Shown here: positions 1 through 7,118 of the stretch, one piece after another
Position numbering within the stretch: the first letter of the stretch is position 1
Layout: each line of letters begins with the position of its first letter
NCBI GenBank assembly: GCA_944390205.1
Contig: CALXPF010000001.1
Coordinates: forward strand, 1 to 49,917
DNA from: an uncultured Alphaproteobacteria bacterium
Lineage (GTDB): Bacteria > Pseudomonadota > Alphaproteobacteria > CAAHEQ01 > UBA3637
DNA length: 49,917 bases
Direction: 5' to 3'
Notes under the pieces: model-generated
Databases searched by the model: none
Told to the model about the DNA's origin: nothing
The model's input: only the letters and a program-made list of their open reading frames with translations
Program-made: the position numbers and the translations under genes

Positions 1-64
1 GGAGCGCTTTGTCATCCTCACCGCTATAAGCTTTACTGAACCACGCGTCTAACGCGTGGTTTTC
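1..64. repeat. Left arm of a 64-bp inverted repeat; the partner is the last 64 bp of the window (49853..49916)
   Basis: The reverse complement of 1..64 equals 49853..49916 at 63/64 positions; only pos 7 (C) versus 49910 (A) disagrees. Similarity stops exactly at 65 / 49852. The arm contains its own hairpin (39..61). Confidence 0.9.
39..64 (+). terminator. Intrinsic-terminator-like hairpin inside the left repeat arm
   Basis: AACCACGCG-TCTAA-CGCGTGGTT (9-bp stem) followed by TTTC. It could terminate a + strand transcript entering from the left edge. Frame 2 (2..52) is open and ends at TAA 50..52. Confidence 0.4.
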
Positions 65-74
65 TAGATACAAT

Positions 75-126
75 AAATCGACCGTACAATCGGTCGATTT
101 ATCTCAGAAAAACAAGATCGTTTTTC
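75..126 (-). terminator. Two consecutive hairpins just downstream of the asmA-like stop codon
   Basis: GAAAAAC-AAGATC-GTTTTTC (107..126), and a perfect 10-bp stem AAATCGACCG-TACAAT-CGGTCGATTT (75..100). The latter is followed on the - strand by TTATTGTAT. Confidence 0.4.
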
Positions 127-131
127 GTCTT

Positions 132-2684
132 TTAATAAGAATCCGCTCGTCGCTCGATAACCCCTCCGAAACCGGATCTTTGAGGGGTTGGTTGGATTTG
201 TTGTTGCAAGGCCTGTGCATCAAACCGATTCACGTACAAATAGGCCTTTTCAATTTTGCGGTACGCCTCGGCGGCCGCCGCGACTATCTTCTCTCCCTGC
301 TCTTGTGTCACATTTTGTTTCATCAATTGGTTTGCCTTTTGAATCGTTTCAATGTTTTTTTGAACGGCCGGAATTAACTTACCGATGATTTCAATTTCGG
401 GAGCGACTTGATACATTTGTTGCATACGGCCCAGCATTTCCTGACTTTGTTTTTCATAAACCAACAACGTTTTGCGATCTTCAAAGAAAATATCTTTTTC
501 GATTTCTTTCAAAGCCTCGTTTGCTTTTAAAACAGCCAATCTGGACTGTTCCATAATTTGAATGTATTGCGCATCCGTCAGATTTTCTTTGATGGCCATT
601 TCATTCATAATCGTCACGGCATCTTTGGCATTTTGCAATAGATAAGAAGCCTTGTCATTTGAAACTTCCATCAATCTGTTTTCAACCGAACGAACCGCCT
701 CATTGGCTGATTGAACGGCTTCCTTCATCTGGTTTTCACGCGTTTGTTGAGCCGCTTGAAGTGCTTGTGCCGTCATCTGCTCTTGTTGTCTTGCCTGTCT
801 GGCCGTTCCCTGATCCACAATCTGGGCAATCGCCATCGATAAGTCCGTAAAGTTCGTCTCATACGTTTTTTTCGAAGGCGTTCCCTTAATCAATAAAGCA
901 AACGGCGGTAAATGACTTAGCCCCTCCAAAGAAATCGGCATGGCGACATCTAAAGCTTGAGATGAGATTTTCCAAGACAACTGCATCGGATTGGAGTAAA
1001 CGCCTTTCGCTTTTAAAGACATATCCACAAAGCGAACAACTCCTTCAGAAATCGAAAATTTACCCATTATCGTATCAATAGCCGTCTTTCCCGAGCTCAG
1101 TAAACGCTTCATTTGATTTTCGAATGAGGCTTGCGTATCCATATTCTGAATAACAGATTGAGCCATCAACGGAACGGCAGATAAATCTACCCCGATCCAT
1201 TGGGCGTTATTAACGACAAGCTCTCCGCTTCCGTCTAACGAATTTAAAATCTCTGCCGGTGTTTTACCATGTCCGGAAGCATTTAATTTCAAAGAAGCAA
1301 AGCCGTTTCCGAAAGCCATTCTGTTTAACAACAAAAAGTCACTCCGAAGCGGAATATTCGTGATATCCGCTTCCACCTTTAAAATCGGCTCTTGAACAAA
1401 AGACAAGGAGCCGGAAACTTTAAACGGCGATGTTGCCTCACCCCGTTGTTCCCCCGACAAATCAACCAGTGTCAAAATTTTGTCCCGAACGGTTAAATAA
1501 CAAGAGGCATTTCTCAAATCTATCGTTTGATATAAAAATTGATCCGTATCCAACTTCATATCAATATCCCATGTTGCAAGCGCACTTAAATCCAACGGTT
1601 TTTGAGAATCTAACGGAGATCCCGTAAAGCCAAAAAGACCGTCCGGTAAAAATTTACTTGCATCAACCGAGGGGCTTGTCAAATGAGCCACCAGTTTTTG
1701 TCCTCCCTTGTCCGTAAACGCAATATCTCCGTTCAAGCGCTGAATGCCGACAGAAGTCGAGACATCGCTTAACGTAAAATCTTGAGCGGTTCCGTTTAAC
1801 GTCCCTTTCATTTTAAAAGATCCGTCCAGAGCCGGCAAGATCTTCTCTTGCGGATAAATCAATTGAAGCGCCGTTTGAAAATTCGGATGGGCGACATCCA
1901 AAACCAAGTTTTGATACAATGTCTGATTTTCACCCTCCACGATCGTTCCGTTTAAACGACCGTTAAAATCGGAAACCGTCGCCTGAGCCGAAACGTCCCA
2001 CTTGTTATCGACCATATTAAGCCGTGTTGTTAAGAATGTTTCCTCTGCCTTATTTAGCCAGTTCCATGCACTTGTCAATCCGGCACGTTGCATAAACAAG
2101 GGGGTTTGTTTGGCGGCAAAATCCAAAGCGAAATCCGAAATTTTCAAATGAGATCCCATTCCGCTGACAGATCCGGCGGCATTTAATGTAGCGGTAGCCA
2201 TATTTTGTAATTGCAACTTGTCAAAAGTTAAGACGCCCTTATTCAGTGTCGCCAATACTCCCGTTCTCGCAATCGGCAGATTCAAAAGAGTGGCTTCGGC
2301 TACTTCTAATCGAATTTGAGCATCAAAATCGTTTAACCGTGTTTCCTTTTCCAACTTTTGCTTCAACAACTTCGGAAGCTCTCCGATATCAATCGGCTGA
2401 GAGGGGGCTTTATACCCCAGATATGAGTCAAAATTTACATTTTTAGCTTTCAAATCAGCCACAAATGATACTCTTGGTTTTAAAGAGACCGAAATCGATC
2501 CGGAAACGGAGGAAGCATCAATTACCGCTTGATCCAACGCCAGTCGGAAAGTCGCTTCCGGCAGATAAACGACAGAGCCTTTAATCGTTGTTTTTTTTAA
2601 AAACTGATCCGGAACATGAGCAACGTCCAAACCGGACCACGTTAAAAGAGTCCTTAAATCCTTGGTGTCTAACCGAACAGCCAA
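132..2684 (-). CDS. AsmA-family outer-membrane-biogenesis/lipid-transfer protein, C-terminal ~900-codon part (downstream of an in-frame TAG)
   Basis: The ORF-track start is a TTG. The same frame stays open for 48 more codons upstream, up to the TAG that ends ORF 2829..3971. The sequence is a beta-rich Gly/Ser/Asn/Asp-type repeat with an AsmA C-terminal-type block 'LNASGHGKTPAEILNSLDGSGELVVNNAQWIGVDL'. Stop is TAA at 132..134. Confidence 0.6.
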   Translation of the reverse strand: MAVRLDTKDLRTLLTWSGLDVAHVPDQFLKKTTIKGSVVYLPEATFRLALDQAVIDASSVSGSISVSLKPRVSFVADLKAKNVNFDSYLGYKAPSQPIDIGELPKLLKQKLEKETRLNDFDAQIRLEVAEATLLNLPIARTGVLATLNKGVLTFDKLQLQNMATATLNAAGSVSGMGSHLKISDFALDFAAKQTPLFMQRAGLTSAWNWLNKAEETFLTTRLNMVDNKWDVSAQATVSDFNGRLNGTIVEGENQTLYQNLVLDVAHPNFQTALQLIYPQEKILPALDGSFKMKGTLNGTAQDFTLSDVSTSVGIQRLNGDIAFTDKGGQKLVAHLTSPSVDASKFLPDGLFGFTGSPLDSQKPLDLSALATWDIDMKLDTDQFLYQTIDLRNASCYLTVRDKILTLVDLSGEQRGEATSPFKVSGSLSFVQEPILKVEADITNIPLRSDFLLLNRMAFGNGFASLKLNASGHGKTPAEILNSLDGSGELVVNNAQWIGVDLSAVPLMAQSVIQNMDTQASFENQMKRLLSSGKTAIDTIMGKFSISEGVVRFVDMSLKAKGVYSNPMQLSWKISSQALDVAMPISLEGLSHLPPFALLIKGTPSKKTYETNFTDLSMAIAQIVDQGTARQARQQEQMTAQALQAAQQTRENQMKEAVQSANEAVRSVENRLMEVSNDKASYLLQNAKDAVTIMNEMAIKENLTDAQYIQIMEQSRLAVLKANEALKEIEKDIFFEDRKTLLVYEKQSQEMLGRMQQMYQVAPEIEIIGKLIPAVQKNIETIQKANQLMKQNVTQEQGEKIVAAAAEAYRKIEKAYLYVNRFDAQALQQQIQPTPQRSGFGGVIERRADSY

Positions 2685-2828
2685 TTTTAAATTTTTCTGT
2701 TTTTCAATAAATCCCGTTTGCCCCGAGAAGGAAAAAGATGTTTTTCCGGGTAAAACGGCTTTTCCGTTTTGAACGCTGAACCGATTATCCGTGAAGATAA
2801 TATCGGCAGATACGTCTTTAATTGTATC

Positions 2829-3965
2829 CTATCCGATTTTAAGATTCTGAATCGCCGTTTTTAACGTAAGCTCTTTATTTTTAAAATCTTCGGAAGGCGT
2901 CAACACGAGTTTTTCAAACCGATCAAAAAAAGGAGCCCACAACGCATAATCAATTTGATTAAGGGCCACCCCGCCTTTAAAAACTTCTTGTGTCCCTTGC
3001 AGGGTTCGAGATAAGCTACCCGTCAAAGCAACCGCATCATCACTGTCCCCCAACCGAACGGTAATACTTTTAAGAGCATCCGAAAGCGGTGTTAATTCAA
3101 GACCCAAATTCCCGACGGACGGTTTATTTAAACTCTCATGAATGGTCGGTAATTGAAGCGCACTTAACAAGGTATTCGGGGCAGTTAATGAAAACGATCC
3201 GTCTGCCGTCATAAAGCGGGTCCGATCATCCGGCGTGAAAGCGCCCGTTAAATCCATATTCAAGCCACTTTGTTTTTCTTTTAAGTTTAAAGAAAAATCT
3301 ATCGGTGTATCATTTTTGAGCCGTTTCATATCAAAGGAGGCAAAAATAGTCTGCTTTAACAAATTACCCTGCCCGTTAAAACGATAAGGGCCCTTTAAAG
3401 AATCCAATGATAAATCGCCGTTTATTTTTTCAATCATCATTGAAACACCGGTTATCTCGTTAACATATTCTACCGAACCGTTTTCTATCGTGAGCTGATC
3501 GATTTTTGTCTGATTCACTTGCGTTGTCGTATTCATCAACATATTTTTATCGATCAGATCATCTTGAGCCGAAAAAAACGGGAAATTCCAGTTAGAGCGA
3601 TTATCCGCCAATCGCTCCAAAACAAAATGAGGTTGCTCAACATGAATAGACTTGACGACAAGCGGTGTTTTGAATAAAGATTCCCACTCAATTTGAACCG
3701 AGACGGTCTTTGCCGTCATCATCATCTGACGCGGACTTCCCGTCTGATTGGTTAAACTGACATCAGACAACACAAGTGTCGGCAACGGGAACCATTTAAA
3801 GGACGTGTTTCCTCTGATCGAAAACGTTCGTCCGGTCAATTCGGATACCGTTTGAACGACTTGTTGTTGATAATTTCCGGCATTAAAAGAACGAATAAAG
3901 AAAAACGCGAGACCACCCAAAAGACATAAAACCAGAATAAAAAAAGTAGTTAAAAATTTTTTCAT
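2829..3965 (-). CDS. AsmA-family protein, N-terminal part (membrane anchor plus start of periplasmic domain), ending at TAG in frame with 132..2684
   Basis: N-terminal TM helix 'FLTTFFILVLCLLGGLAFFFI' followed by beta-rich sequence. The SD AAGAGG abuts the first ATG (3971), so the second ATG (3965, MKKFL...) is the likelier start. Stop is TAG at 2829..2831. Confidence 0.6.
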   Translation of the reverse strand: MKKFLTTFFILVLCLLGGLAFFFIRSFNAGNYQQQVVQTVSELTGRTFSIRGNTSFKWFPLPTLVLSDVSLTNQTGSPRQMMMTAKTVSVQIEWESLFKTPLVVKSIHVEQPHFVLERLADNRSNWNFPFFSAQDDLIDKNMLMNTTTQVNQTKIDQLTIENGSVEYVNEITGVSMMIEKINGDLSLDSLKGPYRFNGQGNLLKQTIFASFDMKRLKNDTPIDFSLNLKEKQSGLNMDLTGAFTPDDRTRFMTADGSFSLTAPNTLLSALQLPTIHESLNKPSVGNLGLELTPLSDALKSITVRLGDSDDAVALTGSLSRTLQGTQEVFKGGVALNQIDYALWAPFFDRFEKLVLTPSEDFKNKELTLKTAIQNLKIG

Positions 3966-4086
3966 GCGCATCCTCTTTCAAACTATTTTTTTTACTTATA
4001 GCACACCCCCCCTTTTTTGAAAAGAGTTTTTTTCTCTTTTTTCTGCTTTCTCGACAAAAAAAACTTACATAAAAACAAAAAAATAT

Positions 4087-5547
4087 TTAGGCGTTTTTCT
4101 TCCATAAAAACGGGAAGCAAACAACAATAATGGCGATAAATTCCAAGCGCCCCAACAACATCGCCACGGACAAGATCCATTTGGCCCCCTCGGGAAGTGC
4201 CGCAAAGCTTTGATCCGGACCGATTATATCACCCAGCGCCGGTCCGACATTTGAAATCGCCGTGATAGCTCCCGATAAAGACGTCACAAGATCCAAATCA
4301 TAGAGCGACAATCCCAACGTCGTTAAAACAAGAGTGATAAAGAATAAGCCCAAATACACCAAAACACTCACGACAATTTCATCCGTCACCGGTTTTTCTC
4401 CGTATCTCGGCACAAAAACGCCATGGGGTTGAACATGACTTTTTAATTTTGCCACAATCGTCTTCCCCAAAATGGAAAAACGAAACATTTTTATTCCTCC
4501 CGACGTAGATCCCGTACAAGCCCCCAACGACATGAGGAACAAGAAGAAAACAACCGAAAAAGTTCCCCAATTTTCAAAATTTTCCGTCACAAATCCGGTA
4601 GAAGTCACAACCGAAACGACACTAAACGCCGTAGAGCGAATGACATCATGAATAGATCCCTGAAAAGAAGTTTCATAGAACCGAACACTTGACATAATAA
4701 AAACGGCAGTCAACAAAACAATCAGATATAATTTAATTTGTTCGTTATTTTTAACGGGTCGCCACTGTCTTTTAAACAAATAAAGTCCCAAAATCAACGG
4801 CAATCCCCCGATCACCATAAATATGATTAAAATCCATTCAATGAGGGGGTTTTTAAAATAAGCGATAGAAGCATCATGTGTGGAAAATCCGGCGGTTGAT
4901 AGCGTGCTCATGGCATGATTCACGGAATCAAAAATACCCATTCCGGCTCCCCATAAGCACACGGCACACAAACCGGTCATTCCGACAAAATAAATAATGA
5001 TCGGCCACATGCTTTTAGCAATCGTCGTTGTGTCCCGTTCCGATTCGGCCGATGATTCCGTTGCAAAGAACTGCATTCCGCCGATATGAAGTGTCGGCAA
5101 AATCAAAATAGCCACCATGATAATACCGATTCCGCCCATATACTCGGTTAAAGATCTCCAAAACAACAGCCCCGGAGACATATGATCTAAATTTGTTAGA
5201 ACGGTTGCGCCCGTTGTCGTCAACCCCGAAACAGACTCAAAAAAGGAATCTCCGAATGAGAGCTGATAACCCGAAAAATAAATAGGCAACGCACAAAAAA
5301 AGGAGTATGCGAACCAAACGATTGTTGTCGTTAAAAACATCTCTTTGGTTCGAAGAGGGGTTTTGACCTGATCCGTAATCAGCAAAATAATCGATCCGAC
5401 ACACACGGTGACGGCGGATATAATGGAAAACCGAGAAGCCGAATCATACTGCTTATAAAAAAAATCAACGCCGGCCGGCAATATCATGCTTAAACCACAA
5501 ACAACCGTGATAAACCCAACTATCGAAAAAATCAGTCGAAACCGCAT
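4087..5547 (-). CDS. trkH: Trk-type potassium uptake membrane protein TrkH
   Basis: Polytopic membrane protein with four pore-loop-like motifs: 'GLTTTGATV', 'LSTAGFST', 'VTSTGF', 'TGSTSGGIKMFRF'. ATG 5547 is preceded by GAGGG; the ORF-track start at 5598 is a TTG. Confidence 0.85.
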   Translation of the reverse strand: MRFRLIFSIVGFITVVCGLSMILPAGVDFFYKQYDSASRFSIISAVTVCVGSIILLITDQVKTPLRTKEMFLTTTIVWFAYSFFCALPIYFSGYQLSFGDSFFESVSGLTTTGATVLTNLDHMSPGLLFWRSLTEYMGGIGIIMVAILILPTLHIGGMQFFATESSAESERDTTTIAKSMWPIIIYFVGMTGLCAVCLWGAGMGIFDSVNHAMSTLSTAGFSTHDASIAYFKNPLIEWILIIFMVIGGLPLILGLYLFKRQWRPVKNNEQIKLYLIVLLTAVFIMSSVRFYETSFQGSIHDVIRSTAFSVVSVVTSTGFVTENFENWGTFSVVFFLFLMSLGACTGSTSGGIKMFRFSILGKTIVAKLKSHVQPHGVFVPRYGEKPVTDEIVVSVLVYLGLFFITLVLTTLGLSLYDLDLVTSLSGAITAISNVGPALGDIIGPDQSFAALPEGAKWILSVAMLLGRLEFIAIIVVCFPFLWKKNA

Positions 5548-5656
5548 TATTCCCTCATCTTTTTGGCCTATCTTATTTTTAATTCTTTTAAAATGCAATA
5601 AAAAAGTGTATACCTAAAATAAAGAGAGATGAATGGACGGGAAAACAGGATAAACC

Positions 5657-6322
5657 ATGAAATATTTTGACGCACATATGCACGTTGTTGACGTTAAATT
5701 GATTTATGAGGCTCAGCGAAAAGACGTTAGCACGTTTATTTGCAACGCGACTTCTCAAAAAGATTGGAATGCCGTTTTGAGTCTATCGGATCAGATACCC
5801 GGCGTTTACGCCTGTTTGGGCATCCATCCGTGGTATGTTAATACGGTTTCCGATGATTGGCGATCCCGCTTAGAAGCCTATTTAAAGTATCGTCCCAATC
5901 TAATGATCGGAGAAATCGGATTGGATTTATTAAAACCGGACTTTGAGCGTCAAAAAGAGGTGTTTCGTTCTTCTTTGGAACTTGCGTCACAATACAATCG
6001 AACGGTTCATATTCATTGTGTTAAAGCGTGGGATGCCCTTTTTGAAATTTTATCCGAATTTAAAAATCTCAACTGTCTTTTCCATCGTTTTTCCGGCGAT
6101 GCCGTTGTCGCTCAAAAATTAAGATTTACCAATTCGTTTTTTTCGGTTATGAATAAAAACGTGCTGGATATTCTGCCGGATAATCGTATTTTGGTTGAAT
6201 CGGATTCACCGGACGGCATTCGATCTCCCGCTTTTATTCCGGAACTGGTCGAAAAGCTCCGGTTGGATCCCTCTTATTTGGCTGAGAATTTTGAAGAATT
6301 TATCACACGAATCGGATCATAA
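5657..6322 (+). CDS. tatD: TatD-family metal-dependent hydrolase/DNase
   Basis: 'FDAHMHV', 'GEIGLD', 'VHIHCV', 'LVESDSP' motifs in TatD order; 221 aa. Confidence 0.75.
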   Translation: MKYFDAHMHVVDVKLIYEAQRKDVSTFICNATSQKDWNAVLSLSDQIPGVYACLGIHPWYVNTVSDDWRSRLEAYLKYRPNLMIGEIGLDLLKPDFERQKEVFRSSLELASQYNRTVHIHCVKAWDALFEILSEFKNLNCLFHRFSGDAVVAQKLRFTNSFFSVMNKNVLDILPDNRILVESDSPDGIRSPAFIPELVEKLRLDPSYLAENFEEFITRIGS

Positions 6323-6335
6323 GGAAATAACGTTT

Positions 6336-7115
6336 ATGTCGGAAACATTTTTATCGCGAACACAATTACTGCTGGGGGAAGACGCCGTTCAAAAATTTCA
6401 ACAATCGTGCGTTATGGTGGTCGGATGCGGTGCCGTAGGCGGTTTTGCGGTTGAGGCGCTTGTCAGAGCCGGAATCGGATCTCTCATTTTGGTGGATTTC
6501 GATGTTGTCAAACCAAGCAACGCCAATCGTCAACTGGCTGCGACACAGGAAACGCTGGGACTAAAAAAAACGCATGTTTTAGCCCGACACGCCAAACAAA
6601 TCAATTCCGACATTCAAATTAAAATTTTAGATATGCTCGTTAATGATGAGACTATTGATATTTTGCTGGCACATTCGACCGATTACATTATTGATGCCAT
6701 TGACTCGCTCAATTCCAAAACGCTTTTGATCGAAAAATTGGTGAAGCGGAATCGCCCGTTTATTTCATCAATGGGAGCCGCCCTCCGAACCGATCCAAGC
6801 AAAATTCAGATTGTTCCGCTCAAAAAAACAATTGAATGCCCGTTGGCTGCCTTTTTACGAAAAAGATTAAGAAGACGCGGTGTTTCTTTAAATTTTCCGG
6901 TCGTCTACTCATCGGAACATTTAACGTCAACTATTGGGCTGGGTGAAATGGCAGAAAATGATCTACCGGGCGGAAGAAATCGTCATACGTTGGGATCTCT
7001 CTCCACCATTCCGGGGATTTTCGGCCTTTTATGCGCCCATTATGTTTTGATGGCTCTCAAAAATCAACCGCCTCAAAACTCGACAACAAACACAATTATT
7101 TCTGCTGAAGGATAA
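6336..7115 (+). CDS. tcdA: tRNA threonylcarbamoyladenosine dehydratase (ThiF/HesA family, TcdA/CsdL-like)
   Basis: 'VVGCGAVGGFAVEALVRAGIGSLILVDFDVVKPSNANRQ' Rossmann/ThiF motif, with the rest collinear with TcdA ('DYIIDAIDS', 'ECPLAAFLRKRLR'). The internal ATG 6336 with AAGGA upstream avoids overlapping tatD. Confidence 0.75.
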   Translation: MSETFLSRTQLLLGEDAVQKFQQSCVMVVGCGAVGGFAVEALVRAGIGSLILVDFDVVKPSNANRQLAATQETLGLKKTHVLARHAKQINSDIQIKILDMLVNDETIDILLAHSTDYIIDAIDSLNSKTLLIEKLVKRNRPFISSMGAALRTDPSKIQIVPLKKTIECPLAAFLRKRLRRRGVSLNFPVVYSSEHLTSTIGLGEMAENDLPGGRNRHTLGSLSTIPGIFGLLCAHYVLMALKNQPPQNSTTNTIISAEG

Positions 7116-7118
7116 ATA

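Noticed and set aside
2829-2831. TAG reassignment (alternative genetic code) as the explanation for the in-frame stop in the asmA-like gene.
   Set aside because: TAG terminates lolC exactly at the conserved C-terminus (...ALRYE). It also ends three other ORFs in the window.
3992-4180. 62-codon - strand ORF spanning the trkH 3' end and the asmA-like promoter region.
   Set aside because: It overlaps trkH in another frame and runs through homopolymer-rich promoter DNA. It has no SD.
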